A DNA stretch of 60,713 nucleotides, counting the filler, from Diploschistes diacapsis (Eukaryota): the NCBI GenBank assembly GCA_023645945.1. It is 9 parts of 9 records of this genome, joined end to end, with 100 filler letters (N's around TTAATTAATTAA, not from the genome) between each part and the next. Parts side by side here need not be neighbours in the genome. Positions count along the whole stretch, not along the records: positions 1 to 4,181 come from JALAIB010001758.1; positions 4,282 to 8,460 come from JALAIB010001759.1; positions 8,561 to 35,126 come from JALAIB010000176.1; 6 more parts are not named here. One strand, given 5' to 3'. Below the pieces are notes generated by a model. The model was not told the DNA's origin, ran no database searches, and was given only the letters and a program-made list of their open reading frames with translations. Positions 1-11,173 of this stretch are shown one piece after another. The translations under genes and the position numbers were made by a program. The first letter of the stretch is position 1. Each line of letters begins with the position of its first letter.

Positions 1-387
1 GCAACGTAATGGATATATTGGAGTCTAAAGGTCTTATCTAGAAAGTAATCCTATTATATAGACTTTTATCTTTTACGAAATCCGTTAAGCTTTACTGTTT
101 AGTTAGAATTCTAATAAATTCAACAGGTTCAGCTGAACTGAACCCCTTGAAATCAAGCCGAGTTTACAGCCGCCTGCCTGCTCAACACTCCTTTATAGGC
201 GGAATTATTTAGAATGTTAATTTAACTGGATTTTTCGAACTAGGCCGAGTCCCTTAATAAAAACGTACTACTTCGAGTAATATAATAATTTCGTATACTA
301 AAAGCAACCCGTTTCTTCAGTCCTTTTCTTCGTACAACTTCACACATGTTGCGCGCCTCATACTCGCTACGCCTTTCAGCATACCTC

Positions 388-821
388 TTAAGCAAAATCC
401 CCTACCTCCGCCTTCTTAAACACGATATCATCCTCCATGACAGCCTTATACGCCTCTACCTCACAAATCCTTTCCATGATACCCTGCAGCGCCTTCGGTT
501 CCGTAATGCGCCGGGACGACGGCTCCGACCTCCAGCGCCAATCCACAAAGAAAAAGTCCCAGCCGATCCTGACTAGTTGGTGCAGGGCGACCCATGGGCG
601 TGTACAGCTCCTGGACTGGCTCGAGGATGACTTCTAGGCGCGGGCATTTGGGGCCCAGAGAGCCATGGAGTAGCTGGTTGAGGCACTTGGAGTGTTCGGG
701 GCCGGCAAGGAAGGCTTGGAAGGGGATGGTTGGAGGTTGGAGTGTGGGGATTGGTGGTTGGGTGTTGACTCGAGCGCGCTTGTGGCTTCGAGGTTAAACA
801 GAGGGTTTGGTGAGATACCAT
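388..821 (-). pseudogene. Decayed member of contig-1 orphan family (copy A)
   Basis: Manual translation joins two frames: ...FQAFLAGPEHSKCLNQLLHGSLGPKCPRLEVILEPVQELYTPMGRP / LVRIGWDFFFVDWRWRSEPSSRRITEPKALQGIMERICEVEAYKAVMEDDIVFKKAEVGDFA* (TAA at 388-390). RITEPKALQGIMERI resembles KIVQPTKVEDIVARL of ORF 1548-2183. Frameshifts are required. Confidence 0.35.
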
Positions 822-1547
822 GATGGTGCTGGCTAGCTAGGTAAGAGCGGGAAAGCTTAGGAGGCCAGACTTCAGATGGGGCTGCAGGCGTACCGTATAT
901 TTAAAAGAGTTCGTTGAGTTCTTCTTTATCAGACTTAATAAGGGGAATCTCATCTAATGAGGCTAGGATTCGTGACGCAGTCGAATAGATTTCACTAACA
1001 TGTACTCATAGCTTGACTTTATCGGACTTCCGAGATTGTGGCCAACAAGTATCCTGCTCTCGCACAGGGGATGGATTGTCAACTTTGTATACATGCTATC
1101 TACCCAAGCTTGTTCAATACAAAACTTTACGCTACAAGTGTCCGACTGACATTCACGTCACCCTATCCTCTGATGTCAGTGGAAGCTTCGATTGTGAATT
1201 TCCTGGTAGGTGAGTCTAGTGCACTTCATTTCAATAGAATCAGCTCTTGGAATTAGTTCACTCCGTGTTTTGACTACTCTTACTGCAGAAAGAAATTTTT
1301 TTGCAGGCATATTGATCAACATAGTCCTTCGAGTACCTAACCACAACCCACAAATTTGTCTGAAAGATAGTCACGGAATGCTCCGCTTGAGTGGCCGTTC
1401 TGCTCCTTCAGCCAGTGTAACAATCTAGCCAAGGCCCTTCCACGCCTCGGATGGCCCACAGTCAGCGGAGAATAGCGTTCCGGAACCTCCAGAACATGAT
1501 ACAATTATAGCTGCAGTAGCCCATATTATTCCTACACTGGCAGGGGC

Positions 1548-2183
1548 TTAACACACCACGTTTTCACCTCGCCAGTATATCGGTTCGGTTGAGCTTGAAT
1601 CCACCAGCTCGAGTACAAGCGAGTCGCCCTTCGGTTTCTTGAGAAGTCGAGCAACAATATCCTCCACCTTCGTTGGCTGCACAATCTTGGACAGTACCTG
1701 ATCCTTCTTCCAGCCGTAACCCCAGACCCGTTCGGGTCCACGAAAGGCTACCCTGGCATCGACTACCAACGTCTTCGTGTGAGCCAATAGATAGTAACTG
1801 CCCTGGCCCTTTAGGAGCATGCTTGTTAGCACAGTCGGGGGACGAGAACCCGAGAGACTCCGCTGCTTGATCTTGTTCGAGCACATAATGGCCTCCTTCT
1901 CGCTCCCCGGCTGGTTAAAAACGCTGTCCACCTCGTTGTGTGAAAAGCCGACATTGCTGAGCCATTGGCTGAACGTGCAGTCGCCGGCGTCCAACCGATT
2001 TACGGACCGCCAAGAACCGGTGAATTCGAGCTCGGGGATCTGAGAGGGTAGTCGCTTCAAGGGGCTGTTCTTATACTTGTTCTTTAGTTGCTTCGTAGTT
2101 GTTCTGGAAAGCGGTATCTCGGGGACTTGAGGGACGTCAAGGCTGGTGAATTGAAGGTTCATGTCGGCCAGTGTGGTGGACAT
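1548..2183 (-). CDS. Hypothetical 211-aa protein, orphan family (copy B, intact)
   Basis: Intronless ATG-to-TAA ORF with globular-like composition and a TATAAAAA about 60 bp upstream on the same strand. No domain recognised. Confidence 0.65.
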   Translation of the reverse strand: MSTTLADMNLQFTSLDVPQVPEIPLSRTTTKQLKNKYKNSPLKRLPSQIPELEFTGSWRSVNRLDAGDCTFSQWLSNVGFSHNEVDSVFNQPGSEKEAIMCSNKIKQRSLSGSRPPTVLTSMLLKGQGSYYLLAHTKTLVVDARVAFRGPERVWGYGWKKDQVLSKIVQPTKVEDIVARLLKKPKGDSLVLELVDSSSTEPIYWRGENVVC

Positions 2184-2243
2184 CTTGGGGAGGTTATGTT
2201 GCTGAGGGATGCTGTTGTGAGCATACTCTGGGAACGACGTGGT

Positions 2244-2252
2244 ATTTTTATA
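2244..2252 (-). promoter_or_regulatory. TATA box of the 211-aa ORF
   Basis: Minus strand reads CTATAAAAATA about 60-70 bp upstream of the ATG at 2183. Confidence 0.45.
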
Positions 2253-3100
2253 GAATGAAGCGGCAGATTATGGACGTGAGGTGGTGTTGATAGGGTACTC
2301 GGGCTGAACACATTTTTCTGTGAATTTACGTGGAAATTGGGTTTGTCTTTAAACCAGTTTCTTTGTGACCCCGTGTAGAGCTTCGTTGTTCACTACTCGA
2401 AGATCAAACCCCGATCGGAAAGTACAGAGTCCAAGCCCTCTATCTGTGATAGGATGTGCAACACGCCAATAACATTTATGCTGTAGAATAATAGATCACA
2501 GGAGAGCAGCAGATCCACTAGACACATGCTTGCCTAGCAGAAACGGTTTGGCCCTTGTTTATAACAAGAGAGACTTGCAATCTTAATGTTCTCTAAATTA
2601 GTGGAAGGAATGTTAAAAATCACCGAGTTTACTCTATGCAAGATAAAGGGCAGGTGGTTAACGGGGGTGTGGACAGCCAAAATTACTACATCCGGCTGGC
2701 GGAGGTACAGAACAGTGCACCCCTAACATAACCCTGATCATCATGGACGTTTGTGGTGGAGGAAGTGGTTCAACAACGAATTCTGAGCGAGTTAACAGGC
2801 CCATAAAACAGTGAAAATGAGTAACTTTAAATAAAGCTTCTGGTAGACCGCATGGTGCATCGTGCATCATAGTGCTCGCCTACTGCTAACACGGCTGACA
2901 AAGTAGCTGCTTGCAAATCATTCCTAACAGGATAGTAAAATCTCGATCAAGGCTAATGTTGGAATATCCATAAAGAGCTTCTAGAATGCAGGTTTTTGTG
3001 GCTGTGAATGCTCCCCAGGTTTGGGAATTCTGGCTTGCTGGAATTATGTCTTATTAGTATAATGGATGTGGTTTCTGCATCGTCCTCTTTTCAACAACCC

Positions 3101-3780
3101 CTAAGCATTCCATTGGCGTTCCGAAGCGTCAGGATCGTTTTTCAAAGCCTCAACGATATCCTCCAACTTCTCGACTGAATTGATTTTCCAAAGACCTTGA
3201 CGACTTGCGAAGAGTAGGTCTGTAATCACCCACCCACCCGATGTGTAATAATATCCATGCCCCTAAGTGCTCCTTAGAAGTATCGTCTCGGGGTATTTTA
3301 TTCTGGCATCATCAGAATTGGGATCCCAGAGGGAATATTCGCATGGCTCCAGGGTAGGAGAATTTTTATGTCACCGAAGATCCTGTCAAAGTCGTCGAAG
3401 TGACTTTCAAGCTAGCTGACATCGTAGTGAATGTATTCTCGGAGTTCCTCAGTGGACGTGACCGGGCTCAAAGTGTTTAGGCATTCCAACTGTCGTATCG
3501 GCTGCTTCGCGCGTCTGTTCAGGTACTACTTGTTATTAATGGCCATGCCTGATACTGTTGGGGATACCGCTACGATATTTGTGTCTGAACAATGTGTTTT
3601 GAAGGACAAGTAGATCCTGAACGTCAAGCCTAGTCTGAAATACCCCAGATTGGTAGATTGAGGACTGGTACGAAAGGCATGCTTGTGCTTCGAGGAATCT
3701 TTGAAGAGGATAGATCTGTTTAGGTGCTTGGGGTTAAGGCTAACAAAAACACTAAAAAACAGTGGGAACCACGCCTGCAC
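3101..3780 (-). pseudogene. Decayed member of contig-1 orphan family (copy C)
   Basis: Long coding-like frame with in-frame TAG stops (compatible with CAG>TAG) and one frameshift: ...NNK*YLNRRAKQPIRQLECL...DVS*LESHFDDFDRIFGD / PTLEPCEYSLWDPNSDDARIKYPETILLRST*GHGYYYTSGGWVITDLLFASRQGLWKINSVEKLEDIVEALKNDP. TILLRST*GHGYYY and KINSVEKLEDIVEAL parallel SMLLKGQGSYYL and KIVQPTKVEDIVARL in copy B. The 5' boundary is uncertain. Confidence 0.4.
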
Positions 3781-4181
3781 TCTTAATAGATGAGGATTCT
3801 TACTTAGATACGCAAATCATGTTCAAGCAGGTTCAAAAGTAGTCTATTTACCCTACGTACGGTATAGTAGAAGCGATGAATTGCTAGTTGACTCTACACT
3901 TACTAAATGGCTATGTTTTTGCATTGACTGCTGCTTTATTTAATTCGCTAGGAGTTTTTACTGCAAAATACAGTAATAGTTTCATGTTTGCTGGTGTCCG
4001 CTCTCGAGACTCCCCTGTACGCTTCTAAGCCGAGGCGATTCAGGAGCACCACCTGTTCCTTACCCCGGTTATATATAATATATCTGTTAAGCTATTTAGC
4101 TCATATTTAATTCTTATAATAATTAATATGTATTATATATACGAGCTATACTGCGTTATAAACGTGTTATTTCCGATATAT

Positions 4182-4281
4182 NNNNNNNNNNNNNNNNNNN
4201 NNNNNNNNNNNNNNNNNNNNNNNNNTTAATTAATTAANNNNNNNNNNNNNNNNNNNNNNNNNNNNNNNNNNNNNNNNNNNN
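4182..4281. other. Artificial contig linker
   Basis: N44-TTAATTAATTAA-N44, giving stops in all six frames. Confidence 0.98.
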
Positions 4282-4645
4282 GTAATATACTACTTTTTAA
4301 AAAAATAAAAACGTAAAAAATAGACATGATAATTCTAGAATTATTTAAAAAAAATATATATATAAAACTTATAGACTGACCGTTTCGTGTCACGGTTATT
4401 AACACGGACACCGTAACAAAAATTATCTCGGCACGGACATTAAAACGGACACTGTATTATAATAAAAGCACGGACACGGACATCGTAATTAAAATTTTTA
4501 AAATATTAATATTAATACGGACACTGCACTTCCGTAAATCCGCGGACACGGATACCGCAGCTAAAAAATCTAAAATACTGACACTGACACTATCAGTGTC
4601 CGTGTCACCGACACGGCCGAGTCAGTGTCATTGACGGCCAGCCTA
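4282..4645. mobile_element. End of a RIP-mutated DNA transposon, probably hAT-like, with subterminal repeats
   Basis: Many ACGGACAC/TGACAC motifs in both orientations between about 4380 and 4630. The minus strand starts TAGGCTGGCCGTCAATGACAC at 4645. A TAG-type terminus with short subterminal repeats is typical of hAT elements. Confidence 0.5.
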
Positions 4646-5146
4646 TAAATAGTCGTTAACATCCGATTTTAATAATATCGAATTGTTTCGATGCGAAGCG
4701 GGCATTATCGAGAAAAACCAAAAGAATGATAAATATCGTAATTTGAAGTGGCCGAGATGGGGAGGGGTGGCCGAGATGACCGTGAAACACGTTAATGCAA
4801 TAAAGAAATAATACTTCGGGGTTCCTAAAAACATTATGGTTAATCTCTTGGCTCAGTGGGATAGTGCTACCTATTAAGCACAACCCCTGCTGTTACAAAA
4901 ATACGCCTAATAAAAAAACGAAATCCGTTTCCCTAACGTTTAAATCTAAATTTCGAAGGGTTTTATCGTCATATTAAATTACATTAAATTACGTAATATC
5001 AGCGAACAAGATAACGATTAATTTATCGTTGTTTTCGCGATACCTAAATTAAAAATCGTCCATGTTAATTAGGGTAAAGGAGAAAATAAGTAACGAAAGC
5101 GGCGGCGATAGGGTTTCGATCTATTTTAGATTAATATAAAAAGCTT

Positions 5147-5339
5147 ATCGAGACTTCGAGAGGTCTCGACAAGTTCTACGCAGATTTTGGTGGTCGTAGA
5201 GGTCGTAGAACTCTACGACCTCTACGTAGGAGCTCTACGAAAAGGGGTGTTTGGTGGGAGCATAAAGTGTCATGTGACCTCGTACAATCTACGTAGGAGC
5301 TTTACACATGCTCTACGCTGACCACCAAACAGGGCGTAA
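5147..5339. mobile_element. MITE/foldback remnant with PIF/Harbinger-like termini
   Basis: Perfect 15-bp hairpin CGTAGAGGTCGTAGA-ac-TCTACGACCTCTACG (5195-5226). GGGGTGTTTGGTGG (5243-5256) is inverted to CCACCAAACAGGGCG-TAA (5322-5339). TCTACG is repeated throughout. Confidence 0.45.
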
Positions 5340-5817
5340 ACAACTTCCGGAATCTACAGCTACCCGAATACAATCTTGGATCCTCTATTACTTTATGCAA
5401 AGCCCCTCCACCTCTTCTAAACAAATAATAGGAGCGCCATAGCGAATGGTAAATAAGAACTTCGTTTACTGAGATCTAGTCTGGGTGCGATGATTTCTTC
5501 ATTGGGGTAATGTTATATGTCACCCGATACAGTCTGAATTGATAGCGCGTAACGATGGGTTGGGTTACAACATTTGAAAATCGGGTGACTCTAGCCGATT
5601 TCTTTCATTTTGTGTCTATTAAGCTTGCACGGATTTGCTTTCATCTACTGTTGGTAAGAGTCAAGTGTTCGATTAGGAACCCCAAAAGCAGGCCACAACT
5701 TAAGTCTTGAAGGGCTCATGCAATTATGAATATTTGATCAACAACCATTCCTGTAGCAAAATCGAGGTTTAATGTTATCTGGATCAGTCGCGGCCTTGAT
5801 TCTTCATTGGCCCATCA

Positions 5818-6791
5818 TCAACTGAACGCATTGTCACCCTTCAATAGCTCAACCACTTTCTCCGAGGTGTCAACGTTCTTGTTCCTCCCAAAACGCGCCC
5901 ACCGGGGCTCCAACACACCCTTCGATTGTTCCAGGCTAACATCCATGGCTTTGCCCACACCTGGAAATCAGTAAGACCATACCAAGCAGTAGTGGTACGA
6001 CACCTACCAAGCATTTCAAATTCCCACACATTCGCTTTCATGCCTACTGCATAATATGCATGCTTCCGTAAAAAAGCGAGCCACATCTGCACTGTTTCCG
6101 GATGCCCATCACGAATCTGTATTAGCCTCCGAAGCGTTTTCCTTTCGAAATTTTCCTGACTCTTTTTAAATATGAAGTTGCTGCGAGGAACGGTCCACCT
6201 TTCGATGATTTGAGGCAGTGGCACAGGCCCATAAGCGGGAAGTTCAAGATAATAAGCTGCTCTCAGAGCAAAATCAGCAAAAAACTCCAAGTTACGGATA
6301 CTATAAGATCGAAGCTGTAAGTCGCAGGACGGTATTCCATATGCTGCTTGCCGCCGCAGTGGTCTTAGATACACTGCTTGGACACTTCGAGGAAGACGAA
6401 GATCTGGCATTTCAATCGCCTCTGATGGCAATAATGGATTGTTCCTGATATCAAAGTGGACGCGTAAGCGCGACCATGAGGTAGATAAAACCAGGGGCAT
6501 TACAATATGTTGGTATCATCCTTATCTTTGTTTACAGGAATGATCTCGGAACTGCATAGGTTGTCAGAGTCATTCGGGTTACTCAAGAGTTGGAAAGCTT
6601 CACCATCCTAGACTGGTTTTTGTATTCGCGTTGGCTCCAGACTCGGTAGTGTATGAGAGAACATGTCTAAAAAATATTGAGGAAGCAGTGCAATGTCTGT
6701 GGCCAAATCCATGGGTAGCTAGCAGAGAATTTGAAGGAAGGAAGCCTGCAAGATTATAACCCAGCTGAGCCTTGAAGTAACGTGAGCTCAT
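5818..6791 (-). CDS. RSM10: Mitochondrial small-subunit ribosomal protein uS10m (multi-exon)
   Basis: S10 domain CDLQLRSYSIRNLEFFADFALRAAYYLELPAYGPVPLP..IERWTVPRSNFIFKKSQENFERKTLRRLIQI. GT-AG introns near 6552-6603, 6447-6503 and 5962-6008 restore the frame. Last exon ends ...KGDNAFS* at 5818. Start codon uncertain. Confidence 0.9.
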
Positions 6792-6919
6792 ATTGACTCG
6801 ACCAAGGAATTGGAGAGAAAAAGGAATGCTTATAAGTTGACTGACAGTACGTTCCAAAAGTTAATAGAATTGGCTTGGCATTCTCGGCGTAAGCTGCCGA
6901 TTATAGAATGTCGAGCAAA

Positions 6920-8460
6920 ATAATTATAAAAAATAAGTTTATAAATATACAACAGGCATTATAGCCATTTTAAAATAATAAATATTTAATTCTAAATATT
7001 CCTTATGTGAGTCTAACTTTGTATATTATAGACTTTTTATAGCGATCTTTAAACGTAAGATATTATCGAGTGTGATAACGTTAAACCCATTTCTGAAGCG
7101 ATAACAAATTAAAACGTCGCAAAAGGATCGATTAAAGTCGTTAATCGTTTCTTTACCGACGCTGATATTGTCTAAAATAAAAATGCTGAGGTTCATCGTT
7201 TTCTTTTTTTTGAAAATTTAATCCCGTTTGATATACCGTTGTTTATATTTTTGTTTTCGAGATTAATGTTATGATCTCTAACTCAACAAGATAGACACGA
7301 GGTATCGATCAAGGGTTTAGTCTTGTATAAAAGAAGAATGTTGGTGGAAAGGTAAAGTTAGTTAAATTAAAGGTCAGGGCACTATTAATCAAAAGTAAAA
7401 TAATAATAAAAGATATTTATGTTATTATAGATCTATCGCGACGGATAATATAAGATTTAAATATATTAGGACTTATAGAAGTTGTAATAGAATTTTTTGA
7501 TATAAATTCTTTAGTTCTTGCTAAATATCAAACGTTAGATGGCTAATATAGGCCATTTGGCGTAATATTAGATGTTAAATGCTAAAAGGCTGGTATTAGT
7601 CAGCTAACGTAGCGTTAAAATCTTAAATATTAGACGACTATTAATTATCTCTGTCAATTACGTGACGCGTGTCATTTATAATTGATCTATATATAGGAGT
7701 AATTGGGACGTAACGAGGTCCATTGGTGTGTATAGGTTCAAATTTATGGTTGGTGAAGAAGATGGATTCCTAAAAGCTAGGTGGGGCCAGCGAGCTCTTA
7801 TAGTAACAGGTATGTGGATGCCTAATGGCATCATGGCCCCTGGCGTCATGAGCGACGCTAGCCAGAGCAAGAATAAGCGAACTACTTAGTAGCTGCGATA
7901 CTACTATAATATCCACCGACACAAAAATGCTTATGTCAACATAAGCTGTATCTAAATAGACACCCAAAGAGCGAGATAAACCCTCGACACTTAATCCTAA
8001 AATATCTTATCAATATCTCTTTTATTACTTCCTTTTCTTTTAGATCAAAGCAACTTTGCTCCTTCATCAAGACCATCTTCCCGGCGTAATGTTACGATCC
8101 AAGTAACTACGGGGTAATTCACTTGACACGTACCAGCTGTATCAAGGGCAATCACGGTGACGCGGGTCACGTAACTAAACGAACTAAGCTTCTGTTCATT
8201 CGATTCAGCTGAGTGAGCTAAGCTTCTGTTTATTAAATTCAGTTAAACGAACTAAACTTCCGTTCATTTAATTCAGATAACGTTGGGTATATAACGTTGC
8301 TCGTTATACTTTTTATAAATTCTAATATAAAGTTATAAATTACCGGAATAAATATCCGTGCTATACTTAAAGGAACGAAACAAGGATACGCTTTCTAAAA
8401 CGAAATAATATTAGCTTAATACTACATCCGAAATAAAATAATCATAAGATTTAATTAAAC
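6920..8460. mobile_element. AT-rich RIP-degraded repeat/transposon remnants
   Basis: Abrupt shift to AT-rich, TpA-rich, CpA/TpG-poor sequence with no ORFs. Contains an inverted-repeat pair (7659-7674 and 8158-8173) and a TA-ACGTTGGGTA Fot1/pogo-like end near 8278. Confidence 0.55.
8173..8274 (+). repeat. 34-bp tandem repeat, three copies
   Basis: aactaaacgaactaagcttctgttcattcgattc / agctgagtgagctaagcttctgtttattaaattc / agttaaacgaactaaacttccgttcatttaattc. Differences are mostly C/T and G/A transitions. Confidence 0.85.
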
Positions 8461-8560
8461 NNNNNNNNNNNNNNNNNNNNNNNNNNNNNNNNNNNNNNNN
8501 NNNNTTAATTAATTAANNNNNNNNNNNNNNNNNNNNNNNNNNNNNNNNNNNNNNNNNNNN
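8461..8560. other. Artificial contig linker
   Basis: N44-TTAATTAATTAA-N44. Confidence 0.98.
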
Positions 8561-8922
8561 GTGGACGGGGTGGTGGTGGTCAAGGCGTGCGAGAGATACT
8601 TTTTCAGAATTGCTGAAAACGGGGGGGGTTAGGTTTCGTATGCCAGAACACCCAGTAAGCAGGAGTGAGTCTTCGATGCCGAAGTTCAAGAAAATAAAAT
8701 AAAATAAAATAATCCCGGATATTTCGTATTGTATTATTATTATGCGTACCACCACCACCAACGTTAACTGTCCAAAGGCACTCTCTCTCTGTATTCTTTG
8801 CTATGGTACAACGTATACCCCTCCATTACCCCCTCTCTTGGCCGCCGCGCCCCTTGCACCGAAATCACATACCCTCCTCCCCTCACCCCCTACCGCTCGG
8901 GCCTCAGCCTCGAATGGACTCT

Positions 8923-10610
8923 TCAGCAACCCCCGTGCTCGGTCCCGTTCCCGTTCGCATTCCCGTTCCCGTTCCCATTGCCCAGCGGGACGCCCCCTTC
9001 TTCCAATCCACCGCCCCCACGGGCTCCGTCTCCAAACTTCGTCCCCAGGCTCGGCGCTTGCTCTCCCGGCTTCGCAATGGTTGCCGCGACCTGGTCGCCC
9101 ACCACGCTCAGCGAGCTCTCGCCCGCTTTCGCGTTCATCCCAATCGTCAACAGCTTGGACGCAATATTCCTCTCGCCGCTCCCATCACCTCCTCCTCCTC
9201 CTCCTCCTCCTCCTCTTCCCTCCGCCGCGCCCAGCCAGCCCACCTGCGCACACCGCGCGGCGAGCCGCTTCGTAGTCTCGTCCACGGCGCCGAAGTGCGT
9301 GAGGCCCGCGCCGCCGCCGACCATCATGTGCAGCACCTTGAGTATCTCCTCCTTCTTGTAGTGGTTCTCGGGAAGGTTCAGCTGCGTGTGCGCGAGGAGC
9401 GGGTACAGCACCCTCAGGTACGTGTGCCGTAGCGCCTTGGCACTGAAGGGCAGGTCGAGGAGATTGCGCAGCATGACGTCCACCAGCACGCGCAGGTCGT
9501 TGGTGTAGAAGTACTCGTGCGTGGCTTTCGTGGTGAAGAGGAGGTACAGGACCTTGAGGATGAGGAGTTGCAGCGAGGTCTCGGACTCGCGGTTCAGGAG
9601 CAGGATGATGTTCTCGCCAAAGGTCTTGAAATGCGCGCCGTGCGTGGAGAGGGTGGAGAGGACTTTGTTCGGGATGGGGGCGGGTTTGCTGGTGCCGTGG
9701 CCGGGGCCGGGGTCGTGGGCGGAGATCATGTACTGCTCGTTCAGGACGAGCTGGGCGGCCGCTTGTTAGGTTATGGCGTGAGTGAAGGGGGGGTGAGGGG
9801 GGAGGGGCTTACGAGGGCGCGGATTATGGGGTAGTGGTAGGGGTCGCTGACGTCGTCGGCGAGGCCCTCGATTATCTGGAAGAGGTGGATTACGAAGTCA
9901 TCTTCTATCAGCACTTTTTCTCACCCATCAGCTTGAGACCTTTATACATGTGGAACTTAACCTACTGAGCTCCTGATTCCGTATCCGCTGTATCCGAGAC
10001 ATTTCGAAGAAGAGCTGCAATAGCGTCCTGTGGAGACCCGCATCTTGTTCCTCCGCGGACTGTATTAATTCTAATAATCTCGGAAACGCCCCTTCATCGT
10101 TCATGACCTCGAACGTGCCCTCATTTTGCTTGCCGTCGAAAAGAAGGAAAGCTGTGACGAAGTGTAATATATCTGGGGAGTCTTCCTATTGAGGATTAGC
10201 CAATGTTCTCCTCGCAGATGAATGCCCACAGCAACCTGAAGAAGACAGTAGATTATCTGATGCCGCACATAGTCTTTGTGCGCCTCGAAGAGCGGTGATT
10301 CGAGGAGCTTATACGAACACCGGGCGACGTCGTGATCGGTATGGAGGTATTCGCCTGCTCCTAGTCATTCTCGCCATCTAAGCTCCTGCAAAAAGGGCCA
10401 ACAAACCTTTATAGGTGGTCGTGAAGTGAAGATAGGATCGTAAAGCGTTATCTATAAGCTCGTGCGTCTGGCATTTCGTCGACACAATGTCATCGATTTC
10501 TCGTGCGGGTCAGCCTGCAAGGTCGAAATGGCCCGATGCGGAGATGTGGCTTACACACCATCCCAGAATTGCTGCTCGTTGTCCAGAGAGTAGGACACCT
10601 CGAGTTCCAT
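8923..10610 (-). CDS. LDB17: SPIN90/Ldb17/Dip1-family Arp2/3 activator (multi-exon)
   Basis: Starts [17 protein letters not shown](E)IDDIV. Last exon has [49 protein letters not shown], the SPIN90/Ldb17 signature. Several short GT-AG introns lie between about 9750 and 10560. Confidence 0.85.
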
Positions 10611-11173
10611 CGCTACGACGGGGGAAGAAGAGACCAAAACAGAAGTCGCGCTATCGTGGAATCATGATTCAGGGATAGAATAGTTACTAGAAGTTGCAAG
10701 CAAAGAAAGTGGATGGTGGGTGATGGTTGAAGGCCGGTTGTGACAGCAGGCGAAGTCCCCGGCCTTAGTGAAGCCAGTGATGATGGTTGGACTCCCAGGA
10801 GCATCACACGGTCATGCATGAATTCTCCGTGCACTGCTGCTGCGTTTTAGGGTCCACACAAGTTGACGCAGACGGTATGATGTTCACGGCAACAGCATGG
10901 TCTGCTTGTTACGTCGAGCAAATTCAGAATAAAATTCGTGGGTATCAATTACGCTGCTTTATGTGCCCTCCAGAAACTTGCTACAGAGAATGGAATGCTC
11001 GCTGCCGTCATCCTGTGAAGACCCCCAGGACTTTGAAATTCACCCCTTTCTTGCGCTGCGCAGAAATGTCGCTATTGCAATGGTATCAAGAACAATACTG
11101 AATCCGAATTACACACCAAAACTCCCCAGAATACCCGTAGAAAGCTGGCCCCCGTCAATGTCGGAGGATCAGG

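Noticed and set aside
4226..4237. TTAATTAATTAA palindrome recurring eight times at fairly regular spacing
   Set aside because: It is always centred in N44 padding, so it is an assembly linker and not a biological repeat or CRISPR-like array. ORFs ending in X...LIN are artefacts of it.
8742..9432. Three overlapping plus-strand ORFs of 177-209 aa
   Set aside because: Antisense shadows of the GC-rich, low-complexity last exon of LDB17.
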